DNA of 63,585 nucleotides, counting the filler, from Rozella allomycis CSF55 (lineage: Eukaryota), in NCBI GenBank assembly GCA_000442015.1. It is 14 parts of 14 records of this genome, joined end to end, with 100 filler letters (N's around TTAATTAATTAA, not from the genome) between each part and the next. Parts side by side here need not be neighbours in the genome. Positions count along the whole stretch, not along the records: positions 36,720 to 39,364 come from KE560706.1; positions 39,465 to 41,930 come from KE560707.1; positions 42,031 to 43,307 come from KE560712.1; positions 43,408 to 53,113 come from KE560715.1; 10 more parts are not named here. One strand, 5' to 3'. Position 1 is the stretch's first letter, and the number at the start of each line of letters is the position of its first letter. Positions 36,720-48,858 of the stretch are shown in pieces. A program made the position numbers and the translations under genes. The notes below the pieces were generated by a model. The model saw only the letters and a list, made by a program, of their open reading frames with translations. It was not told where the DNA came from and searched no databases.

Positions 36720-39364
36720 ATGCTAAAATCAAATAAGATTAAAGAAAGTCAAATGAAAAGTTTGGCAATTAATTTAATTAATTCAGAAGAAAGAATTGAA
36801 GAGAAACTTTGTTTAGATTTAATAAAGAGATTGGAAGAAAATGTAGAGATGGAAGAGACTGTTGAAATATTGGATGGAATTTGTTTGATTCTTTTGTATT
36901 CAAAAATTGAAAGAGGAATAAATGAATGTTTAGCAGAGAAAATAATTTCAATTTTTATGAATAATGAAATTAATGAAAAAGAAATAGAAATTAGATTATT
37001 AATAGACTCATTTATATTTTTTCTGAAGAATAAAAAACTTGGTGAAAAGAATTCAATTTCGCTTGCAACGTTTATTTCAAATTTCTTGTTTGAAGAGAAG
37101 AGTAAATTGGAGGATAAATGGTTGGATTTATTTATTTCAATTTATTCTTCACAATCAAATATTCGTCATAGTCTTTTAGAAGAAGTTTCAAGTTTTATTT
37201 TTAAGATTAATGAAAACAAAATTTCAGAATTTTTATTAAAGATGGCTGAGTCATGTCTGCCCCTGAACCTAGATCATCCAGATCAAGTAAATTTCTTTAA
37301 TTTTTGAAAATAGATGAAATTAGTTTCAGAGGCTATTGAAACATTTATAAATTTAGTTGAAATTTCATCAAAAGAGAAAAAAGTGATGGAGAGAATTGGA
37401 ATTGATTTAATTGAATGTTTGGTTGTAGAAAAGCATGCCTTTGTCATTCAAGCAATTCCATCATTTTTTGTGTTTCTTTCAAAATCAATGAAAGAGAAAA
37501 AGAAGAATGAAGAAATAAAATCTTTGTATATTTCTTTCATTAGTGATTTATTGAGTGTATTATTGAAAGAAAATAATAGAAAGATCCAGAATTGCAAAGT
37601 GGCTCATTGGATTGGCATGTGCTTAGAACCAAAAGATTTTGAAAAAGCAAAAATAATTTCAGAAAAGAAAGAAATTGAAAACTTTCAAAATTTAATTTCA
37701 GAAAACTTTTTAAAAAATAAAGAAAATATAATTTCAGATATTTTATTTTCTGCAGTGAATGCTGAAACAATAAATCTAAAAATAACTTGTTTAAAGGCAA
37801 TAAATAAATTATCAAAAGTTGATCCAAATCTATTTCACAAAAACGAAAGTATGAAATGGATAATTCAAAGTGCTTACGATCCAAAACCATCTGTTAGAGA
37901 ATCAACTGTTGAACTATTAATGAAAATGAATTTAAATAACGACTTTTATTCAATCCTATTAGATAGACTCTATGTAAACTAGATTGTTTAATGTTCACAA
38001 TAGGATTCTTCAGTTTCAGTTAGAAAAAGAGCTATTCAATGGGCTTCTGTTTGTATTAATCAAAATTTACATCGCCAAGAATTGTTAAACAAACTTGTTC
38101 ACTCCCTTTCCTCTGATGATTCTGTTAAAGTAAATCAAATTGTTCAATTTATTGTAGAAATCAATTTTATTGTTTTTTAAAGAGAAATGGTTTTCATTCA
38201 AGTTTGAGAATGGAGTGGATTATTATTCCTTGAGTGTTTCTGAAAAGGATTTAATAGATGATATCACTTTGGAAATTTCAGAAATGCTTTGTTTAGAAAA
38301 TATTCCACAAACGAGTTTGAATTTATTTTTCAATCATTTTAAAAAAGAAACAAATTTATTTTCATTATTAATTGAAAATTTGATTTTAAAGTTAAAAGAA
38401 GAAAATGATTCAACAAAGATGTGGCTTAGATGTTTGAATGTGATTTCTGAATTTTGTTTTTCACTTTTTTCAGATATTTCAACTTTAATATTATTAGATT
38501 ATAAACAAGAAGAATTAATAAATCTTCAATTCAAATGTTTAACAACTTTGGCTAAAAAGGATGTGATTGATAATCAATTGTTAATGGAAGGTAAAAAGAA
38601 GGCTTTTTCATTAATCAATTTGAAAATAATTCCTTCAGTTATTCAATTTTATTGCATTTCAGTTCAAAAATTAAACGATCATTCTTCTTTTCTTTCTCTT
38701 TGTAAAATTCTACTTGAAAAGAGTGATAAAATACGCCATTGTTCTCTTTTAAGTTTCTTTATTCGTTTTTATAATTTCTTTGAATTTTCTTCTTTTCATT
38801 CAATCGATTTAAATAATTTTCTTTCTCAAATTGAAACAAAATTTCTTTTAGAATACAAAAAATATGAAAATGATAAAAACTTTTCTATTTCATTTTGCAG
38901 AATTATTTTAAATCTTGTTTTTGGCTATCCAAATCTTCTAAGCCAACCAAAATACGTTTCTCTCTTGACTTCATTTTGCACTGAAAAGAAGAAATGTTTG
39001 TTCACTTTGGCTGCCTTTGCTAAACTATTCAAAGATGATCAACAAAATGAATCAGTTGATGATGAATTTGAATTAACAGGAGCTTCAATTAAATCTTCTT
39101 TTGATATAATGAGCATCGTTCAATTATACACCCCTGTCTTCAAAGCCACCGCCCTTCGAAATGACCATGAAATTCAATACAGCTCCCTGCTAGTCTTCAC
39201 TTCTATTTTAGAAAATAGATTATTAAATCCAAAATTAGTAAAACAATTTTATTTCTNATTTTAGAAAATAGATTATTAAATCCAAAATTAGTAAAACAAT
39301 TTTATTTCTGTAATTTAGTTTTTAGATGAAATTCTCACTCTTTCTTTATCAACCGACAATAAAA
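36720..39364 (+). CDS. SCC2: Cohesin loader Scc2/NIPBL HEAT region; internal fragment, divergent
   Basis: CLKAINKLSKVDPNL...DPKPSVRESTVELL...ILLDRLY|DSSVSVRKRAI; SIVQLY...ILENRLLNPKL. Confidence 0.8.
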
Positions 39365-39706
39365 NNNNNNNNNNNNNNNNNNNNNNNNNNNNNNNNNNNN
39401 NNNNNNNNTTAATTAATTAANNNNNNNNNNNNNNNNNNNNNNNNNNNNNNNNNNNNNNNNNNNNGATATTCCAATGTTGCGTATTTTGCGAACTCTTTCC
39501 TAGGATAAAAATTGATTTTAAAATATACAATATCTGATATTGTTGAAAATAATCTATAATTGAAACGCCTGCTAATTGATCGAAGCATTTTTTGAAATTG
39601 CGGATTACCAAAAATGGGTTTTCAAAAATAATGAATAAGAAAGAAAGTTGATGCATGCAAAAGAATAAAGGCAAGGAATATAAATAAATAAATATTTTAT
39701 TGTTTA

Positions 39707-41578
39707 TTAGTTAATTGTTCATGCTGCTGGGATTGACACTTAGAGAGTATCTTCTCTGTATCTTCGTTTGGTTCAATTTTATGAATACTAGAAAATGATT
39801 CGACCATTTCAAACATCAATTGATGTTTATTCTGCTTGTAACACCCAAAAACANTGAGAGTATCTTCTCTGTATCTTCGTTTGGCTCAATTTTATGAATA
39901 CTAGAAAACCATTGGACCATTTCAAACATTAAAGGATGCTTATTCTGCTTGTAACAGCCAAAAACAATCCAAAACAAAGATACTTCATTCGGCTTAACCA
40001 TGGAACCTTTAACCAATTGCGCGGCATCTTCAACTTTTGATTTTTGAACAATAAATTTTAAAACAGTATTGAATTCTTCCAGATTCCATTTAAACTTGTT
40101 AAAATGGTTGAATAATTGATAAGCCAGTTCAGGATTTCTGTTGATATGATCCCACGCAATATCCTTTGTGAAATTTAGTGATAATTCTTTAGCGACTGTT
40201 TCAGCAAAGTTCAAATCGTTGCTTCCTTGCAAAACCTTTTGTAATATTTCATGGCTTACAGGAATCAATTTTTTGTTCACTAAATTCTTAATGCTTTTCA
40301 ATACAAAAGATTTTTCATTACATTTTGAAATATTTTTAATTAAAGTTAAATAAGAGTTCAACGTTGCAATTGTTTTATGGTTTGCTTTAAAGTATTGAGG
40401 CTGTTTCAACGCTTCTTCAAAATTTCCCTTTGCGCAATGAAATTCAATGAAATATTCCAAGATTAATTCAGATGGATAACACAAGTAGTTTGATTTGAAG
40501 AAATCCAACGCCTTTTCAGCTTCATTCAATCGATCATTATCTAAATGAAATTTCACAATTGTTTTAAGGCTGGAAACATCAGCAGCAATCTTATGAATGT
40601 TGGTTAAATTTTCAATAGTTTTTATTACATCAGAATTATTCAAATTGCATTCGATTTTAGAAAATATCGAGAGTGATTCTTTATTGAGTTTAATCTTGTA
40701 TTTGTCATCACTAAAAGTGAAAACTCTTTTGGCCAACAAATTTTCTCCAATATCAACAAAACCAGACGCCAATATGTTTAATGAATGCACATTCGGTTCC
40801 AACTTTTCTTCTTCCAATGCTCTTTGGAATACATCCCACGCCAATAACGGCTTGCCTCTTTTACAAAATCCCTTCAATTTCGCATTCAGTATATTAATAT
40901 TCCATTTCAAATTGTATTTGTTTTTCATTTTTGTTAATCTTTTGCTAAACCTCGCTTCCAATCCCCTTTCATACACAATCTCAGTAAATATGGCCAAAGT
41001 GTCTTCCGTTGGCTCGATATTATACAAACTATTAAATGAATCAATAACCTCGGGAACATTTTCAATATCCACATGCCTTATTATAAAATGCACATGTTGC
41101 AATGACGGCCTAATACGCATTAAATTGTATCTTTGAATGAGCATACCGAGATCATCAAATCTATCATGTTTATGAAACCCTTCCAAAAACAAAGTCAGAG
41201 ATTCCTTTGAATGCAATCCTGCTGATCCCAATTCAAGCAACGAATTCAACTGTTCAAAACTATTCACATTCTTTATCATCGCATTAAATATACTTTGTTT
41301 AACAACTGGTCTGTGTTCAGTAGTTACTGTATCTAGAATTTGCATTAGTACTGCAGGTGGGGTTTTAGGATCACTAGCCAGTGTTTTACAGAGCAGCATG
41401 CCGTCATTCGGGTTCAGTTTGTCCAAGGAAAATTCTTGGACATGTTTTACAAANGTTTGACAAATCTAGTAGATGGTTTAAATAATTTTGACACGGCATT
41501 CTTGACCATATGCTTGATTTCTGATGATGTTATAATATTCATATTGGTGGCTTTTGAGGTGTTGGAAAGAATTGCCAT
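39707..41578 (-). CDS. Pentatricopeptide-repeat protein, probably mitochondrial
   Basis: Repeats of about 35 aa such as WNINILNAKLKGFCKRGKPLLAWDVFQRALEEEKLEPNVHSLNILASGF. Interrupted by single-N joins near 39854 and 41454. Confidence 0.8.
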
Positions 41579-41670
41579 TTAAAGAAAAGTTTGCAAAACA
41601 ATTAAAGTAATATTTTACAGAAAATAAATTCTCGTCTTTAATTGAATCCTATTATTTGCAAGTCATTTTA

Positions 41671-41930
41671 ATGGTTGAAAAGAATACAAGCCACCAAATG
41701 ACAAGTGAAAATTTTCTAGAGTACTTCTGGCAGCTATCTTCTTTAGATTCCAAGACCAGAAAGAGTTCAGCGCATGGGCTAGTTGAATTTCTATTAGAGA
41801 AACAAGCCGAAATGCAGAGATCTCAAGATAGTTTTGAAAAGGACAAGTTGGACTTTAAAAATGGTGATTTCACCAAAGCAGAAAAGGTGTTTTGCTATGA
41901 AATAAATTATTCTATTGGAAGATTGGTAAC
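41671..41930 (+). CDS. POL5: Pol5/MYBBP1A, N-terminal fragment
   Basis: FLEYFWQLSSLDSKTRKSSAHGLVEFL...EINYSIGRLV matches the N-terminus of the Pol5/MYBBP1A family. Confidence 0.75.
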
Positions 41931-42030
41931 NNNNNNNNNNNNNNNNNNNNNNNNNNNNNNNNNNNNNNNNNNNNTTAATTAATTAANNNNNNNNNNNNNN
42001 NNNNNNNNNNNNNNNNNNNNNNNNNNNNNN

Positions 42031-43307
42031 TTTTGTTAATTTTAACCCCTTCCTTTCCGAGTAACTTTGTTTCGCTCACAATGTTGAATTGGCAACCAGG
42101 GACATAAAGAACTCCCCCTAGCGATCTGCCTACCACCTGGCCCTCCACACGTGCTCTAAGCCTGACAATACCCCTGTGCGTGGCCTTCAATGATTGCCCA
42201 TTTGCAACCTCGATTCTTATTGGCTTGATTATCTCCAGAGTTTCAAAAATCTCTTTGTTTCCACTCATGTGATTGGTCGCTCCACCATCCAATATCCAAG
42301 CCTCACTAAGCGACGTTCGATCTTCTGACTGATTCACTAACAATCTATCAAACCCGCCATTGACTGGCACCTCACTTGGCACCTCACCTGGCAACTTCTG
42401 TGCCGTTGACTCCTCTTCTTTGTACTCTAATTCCCTTGATGTTGTCATTAACAAAAGGTCTGAGTACCCTCTACCTGGACCTTTACCTGGCCCTCCATGC
42501 GGCACCTCACGTGCCGTGTTGGCTTTGCCACCACGTGACCTACACTCGTTCTGGTAGTGACCACGTTTCCCGCAATTGTAGCACTCAATATGCTTCTTGC
42601 TCTTTCCTTTTCCGCGACCCTGGGACGCACCTCCACCTTTGTTGTTTCCCTTGGCGAACAACACAGATTCATCCTTTCCATCGGTTTCGCTTATGGACCA
42701 AATGGATCTCAAATGTTGACAAGCTAATCTAAAAGTTTTCGAAATTTCCGGAACCGTTCTTAGAGACATCAAGAAGGGCAAATATTTTCTTCTTGGTAAT
42801 TTCGCGATCACGTGATGAAATTTCTGGGCTTCCGTCATCGGCATTCCCGTAGCCGCTATCTTCTCGAAAACTGACCTCAGTTCACTTAAGAACTTTTCCC
42901 CATCACCATCTTCGGTGAGCTTGATTTTGTCCAACTTTTCAATCAACGAACTATAATATTCGGAATCCGTCCTGTCGTAATCCTCTTTGATAGCTTCCCA
43001 AAGTTCGTTGGCACTTCCGAGCTTGTCCTGATACTCCAATAAAACTGATCGCTCGACTATGCGCAAAAGATGTCCAAAAGCCTTTCCGTCGAGTTCCGCT
43101 TGCTCCTTGGTCATTCTAGCGCGTTCAATTCTGCTAGAAGTTATCTCCCAATAGCCTTTGCTCGTGAGTTCCGCTCGCGCGCATTTCTCCCAGAAGTGAT
43201 AGTTGTCCTTTGTCAAGATCGTGTACTGTGCGTTGATGTTGCTTTTCTCCATGCTGAGACTCTTAATCTGTTAAGAAAAGATTTAGATGGGGCGGGGTCA
43301 ACAGACC
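42031..43307 (-). mobile_element. Ty1/copia LTR retrotransposon gag-protease (5' part of the polyprotein)
   Basis: LTKDNYHFW gag start, zinc knuckle CYNCGKRGHYQNEC, protease WILDGGATNHM and LYVPGCQFNIVS. Frame is open and GC is higher than in host genes. Confidence 0.93.
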
Positions 43308-44037
43308 NNNNNNNNNNNNNNNNNNNNNNNNNNNNNNNNNNNNNNNNNNNNTTAATTAATTAANNNNNNNNNNNNNNNNNNNNNNNNNNNNNNNNNNNNN
43401 NNNNNNNTCCACTGGGACGGTTAAAATGCAAGCGCACTGTCCATTACATAACCCTATCGGCTATCCATAAAAATTAAAGATCTATTAGTTTTCATTACTC
43501 CCAAATATTAATCGTGCCATAAGGTCGTTATATAAATAAAGCTTGTAACTAAGACTTAAAGCGAGACATATTATTCTGTGTATTGTCTAACTATAACAAC
43601 TAGCGTTGTGTTCTATTGCTGTAGCATATTTTTTGGCCAATCATCTTTATCAAGCACTGCTCTAGCATTATTAGTTTTATCGGCGGAGGTGCTCTAGCAT
43701 CTGATAATTTTATCTTCGGGTCACAGACTCACAGCAGTGATACCTATATTACGTTTAAAAGATAATAAATATTTATTAATTCTTCGCATAAAGGCAATGT
43801 ATTTTATCAAANATATTTATCAATTCTTCGCATAAAGGCAATGTATTTTATCAAATGAAGAGTCGAGTCTTAAGTTTTAACTTTAAGGCTTTAAACTGTT
43901 GAATGCTGTTTCACGTAGGTACTTTTTAAGTGCATTTTTAAGGATGCATTTGCAATTTACAAATCGATTGATATCATCGCTATTTTCGTTTCATTCGGTG
44001 AATACTATATTCCCTGGTGTTGCATAAGACCCTTGCA

Positions 44038-45556
44038 TGATTTTCCATTCTCGAATTAGATATTTGATGCTTTGTCGAAACAGAACATATATGCCAGAGT
44101 ATACCGTTCATAAACCGCCCATTGATGCATCTACTGATAATATTAAATTCACAAAAGAAAAATTGTCACGAATAATAACGCTGCACAGGCCTGCTGCATT
44201 GAATGCCCTGAGTCATGATATGATTACCTCTATGCATCAGGAATTAAAAAGATACAGCAAATCAAATGGTATTTGTTCCATAATAGTGAGGGGAGCCGAA
44301 ACGGAAAAAGTGCCATCATTTTGTGCTGGAGGCGACGTGGTTGGTATGAACTAATGGAATTATAAAGTAGCTCTCGCTAAAGAAAAAGATAAAGGGGTTT
44401 ATGAAATGCGGAAGAATTTTTTCAAAGATGAATATGTTCTTAATTCATTCATTTTCAATTTAGACATTCCTTATATATCAATTATGGATGGAATAACGAG
44501 TAATTCACTGTTATTTGTCTTGATAGTGGGTGGAGGTGTTGGAGTGTCAATACATGGCGCCATTAGAATTGCAACTGAGAGAACAGTATTTGCAATGCCA
44601 GAGACTATCATTGGGTTCTTTCCTGACGTCGGTGGTTCATATTTTCTTCCAAAATTAAATGGCGCGTTTGGAATGTATTTGGGTCTAACTGGAGAAAAGT
44701 TGAAGGGCACTGATGTCTAGTAATACCTTCATGTGATTTAAATAGTTTTGCTAACATTGCCACTCATTTCGTTCCGAGTGCCTATTTGAATGACCTTGTT
44801 ACACGTTTAAGCAATGTTGAGTCAACTGATGTAGAAGTTTTTGATAAGATAATCGACGAATTCAGAGGCGAAGTTGACCAATTTAGTTACATGCCACTGT
44901 TACCGACTATAGAAGAGTAATATTTTTTATTTGATCTTATCTGATGTTTTGTGGCCCCATCTGTAGAGGAAATCATCAGGAGGGTTCAAGCAAAGACGAC
45001 GCATTCGAATCCAATAATTTCAGATTGGGCCAACAGGACTCTCAAGCAGTTAAACGAAGCTTCACCCACCAGTTTAGCAGTCAGTTTCCATATGTTAAGA
45101 AATCCAAAAAGGACTTTATGGGAATCATTAGTTAGAGAGTACGTTGTCTCTCAAAACTTTATGGTAAAGCTTGATTGTTTGTGAATAAAGAAAAATGAAG
45201 ATTTTTATGAGGGAGTTAAAGCAAAGTTAATTGACAAAACAGGGAAGCCAAAGTGGAACCCTTCAAGCTTGAAGGATATTTCAATCCCAATGGTCCATTC
45301 ATATTTCGCTGGGGAACCAATCAGCTCAATTGACTTTTTTGGTGATTATGTAAAAGAAAATTATTCATTCTATCGTCTTGGATTGCCTAAAGAATTTGAT
45401 TTGGAGCAATTGATTCAGAAGTATTCGTTTCCAGGCATTAAAGATGCTCTTTCTGTCATTGGAAGGAGTTGTGTAAAGCCTGGTTGGAAAGTTTATGTTG
45501 AAGACATTTTAAAGCGAAGAACTGTCACAAGGAACGGAAAATTAGAATGGAAGTGA
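44038..45556 (+). CDS. EHD3: 3-hydroxyisobutyryl-CoA hydrolase (HIBCH/Ehd3), multi-exon
   Basis: ITLHRPAALNAL; FCAGGDV; MDGITMGGGVG after splicing; FAMPETIIGFFPDVGGSYFL; SPTSLAV; DFYEGVKAKLIDK. Confidence 0.93.
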
Positions 45557-45629
45557 TCCAAATAAAAAGCTATTGAATTAATGATCAGCAAAGAATGGAA
45601 TAATTTATAGAGCTTATTACAAAAGATTG

Positions 45630-46927
45630 TTAAAGCTTTTTAACAATTTGTATTACATCTTCATCGTCTACGCTGTGACTGATACCAACCTTTTGAGGAT
45701 TATGCTTTGTACTTGTACCCNCAACCTTTTGAGGATTATGCTTTGTACTTGTACCCCATACAAGCGCATACTTAAATTCATCTGCAAGTGATCTATGAAT
45801 AGTGTGACACTATATACATTCTAAACTATTTTTACCACATGTTCGATTGTCGCCCCTCTTCTAACAATAAGACCCCCACTAAAGTCTGGGTATTCTCCTC
45901 TTCTTTTAGTATATATTCTATTCAAGCTAAGCATTTCCCATATTTTGTCTAATAATCCATCCAAATTCCATTCAAGCTCAGAACTGATAACAGTAGAGTT
46001 GGGGCTCCTAGCCAAAGCATCCACTTCTTCAATAGTAATTTGATCAATTTTATTATGACACTATCATTCATTTAACAGTTATATTACATATAGGCACGGA
46101 ACATACTTTCTATTGCCAACAAGAACATCAATAAATTCATCTACAGTGGCATCTTCTCTAATGAGTACTTCCACATTGAAAATTTCTAATTTGAAATAAA
46201 TCACCAATCATACTATAATCATGCAAAATTTGATACACCAATTTCTCAGAAAGATGCGTCAGTTTAACTGTAGCATTAAAGTGAAATCCACCTCCCTTCT
46301 TTTGCTTAATGTAAATATTAGGTTTTCTTTTATTCAGCCTAAGACCAACAGCTTCCAATTCTTTCTCTAGAAGGTTTCGTATGTCATTTACAAAATTCTC
46401 TTACCTTTGAACATCGCTTTTGGTAGTATCAAGCATCATCAAAACTAAATCAGCAGTTCTGGCTACTGCGATAACTTGCCTTCCTCTCCCTTTGCCTTCT
46501 GAAGCACCTTGAATAATTCCAGGAAGATCCAAAAGTTGAATATTCGCTCCATTGTACTTTTAATATCAAATAAATATCTTTACTTGAACTTTTCCAGGAA
46601 TACATGTCAGAGTCGTGAATTCATACGCGTTTGCTTCTGAATGTGTATTAGTAAGTTTATTGAGCAAAGTCGACTTTCCAACAGAAGGAAACCCAATCAT
46701 CACAACTCTAGCATCGCCAGATTTCATAACGTCGAAGCCTTCACCGGGTTTTGATGAGGTTCCCTTTGGTTCTAATAATTCAGCTCTATATCTAGCGAGC
46801 TTGGCTTTCAATAACCCCAAATGATATTCCGTTGCTACGAAAAGACATTTCAAAAAGCAATACCTTTATTCTTTTGAGTTCTACTAATCTCTCGCTCAAT
46901 ATCTGCTATTTTTTCAAGAATTCCCAT
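45630..46927 (-). CDS. RBG2: Developmentally regulated GTP-binding protein 2 (Rbg2/DRG2)
   Basis: [59 protein letters not shown] domain at the C-terminus. Confidence 0.95.
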
Positions 46928-46961
46928 GACAAGCCACTCCCTGGCTCATCTTGACAACCAA

Positions 46962-48252
46962 ATGGATGATCCGTATTCGAATTTACTCCAAACAGTAGAA
47001 CAATCAATGCCTGTGAAATTAAAAAAGTAATTTTTGGCATGTGTATTGTAATTAGCGATAAAGAAGAAAATATAAGTGATATTTTCCAGAAATCAGCTCT
47101 TGATGTTGCATTAATGAGAAATGATTCGAATGCAAAACTGAATAATATGAAGAACTCATCTGTAGTCGATCCAGATGCAAATCGATTAGAAGATAATTTG
47201 GACAAGTGGACGGTTTTATTGAAGCAAACTATATTGGTATGATTAATGGAAAATACATATAGACTGACTTTCTGGATGCGAAATCTGATCTATTAACTAA
47301 ACAGAACGAAATATTGCAAAAGGAAAAGACTACATATTTAAAACAATTGGCCGATTATGAGAGGACTATTGAACATTTAAAGGAAGAATTAGTGAAAAGT
47401 CAAGCAGATATTGAAAAGAAAATAGCCCTGATTGATAACTTTTCAACGATATCAAAAGTTGATCCCAACGTAATGGGTGATTTGTTTGCCTTTTGGAAAT
47501 CGAAATCAAAGGAAAAGAGATATGAAGAGTTATTGAATCTTTGGGCATACAAACATTACATAGAGAAACTTTGTAGGAAAGTAATTCACGGCTGGACAGG
47601 ATTTGCAGGCGTCAGTAAACTCAAGAGTCATGAAAAATTTCTCCGGGTAATAAAGGCTTTGCACATCGATTAGAATGAATTTGAGCGTGAATTTGCCTCT
47701 ATTGAACAGCCTCTGAGACAAGAGATTATTAGGCTTCGAGGAGAACTAGACAAAGCAAATAAAAAAGCACAAGATTTTGAACATAAAATGCGAGAACAAG
47801 AACATTCAATAAAGGAGTCTTTCATGAGAGGAGTATCTGCATTGAATATTGAAGCGATGCACTTATTCAAGGTGTCGCCCAATGCTGAGCCAATGGTTTC
47901 TAATAAGATAAATGAAAAGACTCCAAATACTGCTTTTGTAGAGGAAAGGCCTTTGAGCGCTAGGGCCAGACAGCCTTTGCGGCAAAACGCTGTAGCTCAA
48001 CCTCAGACGTTAGATTTTGATCAGCTACAAATAAATGGCAATCATGAAAGCATTAAAAGATTAAGTACAAAGAAAATTGATAGTAGCGTGAATGATTCAA
48101 CAACTTTTACAAAGCAGAACCAGGCGAGGCGAATGAAGCTAAAAATCTCTCAAGGTCAAGAATTAACTTCTCTTTCGGCGACCAAAGCTTCATCTACTCA
48201 ACGATATGGAAACACAGTAGTAAAGATAACAAGGCATGTACAGCAAGAATAA
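46962..48252 (+). CDS. POC5: Centriolar protein POC5 homolog
   Basis: POC5 box IKESFMRGVSALNIEAMHLF, preceded by Sfi1-like F..WK / ..GW repeats and coiled coil. Confidence 0.82.
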
Positions 48253-48278
48253 ACGATTGATGCGTTTTTATTAATTAT

Positions 48279-48797
48279 TTAGACGACAGTTCCTGCAGCA
48301 GATGCAATTTTTGGCCACAAATCAGCACATTCTTTTCCGACTGGTCCTATATTTACAAAAAGTATTAATCAATACCGGTGATAGCTGAACCCTTCATTTC
48401 TCCTTTTTGGTTAACAATAACACCTGCGTTGTCTTCAAAATAGAGAAAGACTCCGTCTCTTCTTCTCCATGCTTTTCTTTGTCTGACAACAACAGCTTGA
48501 AGGACTTTCTTCTTCAAATCTGGTTTACCTTTCTTGACGGTAGCCATGACCATATCACCGACACCAGCAGCTGGAAGACGATTTAAACGACCTTGAATTC
48601 CCTTGACAGCGATTATATAAAGGTTTTTAGCGCCAGAGTTATCTGCACAGTTCATAACGGCACCGACTGGTAAACCGAGAGTCATACGGAATTTGGTTCC
48701 TGAAACACCTGCCATTAGAAACTATCATTTTTAAGATAACACAAAATCGAAAGATGAAGGAATATAATCTATGGCAAAATAATTTACCTTTTGTCAT
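48279..48797 (-). CDS. RPL23: 60S ribosomal protein L23 (uL14)
   Basis: [26 protein letters not shown]...[38 protein letters not shown]. Confidence 0.98.
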
Positions 48798-48858
48798 TTT
48801 TTCCGACCAGGGTTCTAGCGCTCTTGTTTGTGGCTGAAAATTTTGGGAAATTTGGGAA

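Noticed and set aside
40597..41136. Long antisense ORFs (also 1455-1769, 20914-21336, 27829-28230, 51190-51651, 56630-57097)
   Set aside because: They are shadows of well-supported genes on the opposite strand and have no motifs of their own.
43408..44030. Non-coding stretch as a possible LTR or ncRNA
   Set aside because: No recognisable tRNA, rRNA or snRNA motif, and no second copy in the window.
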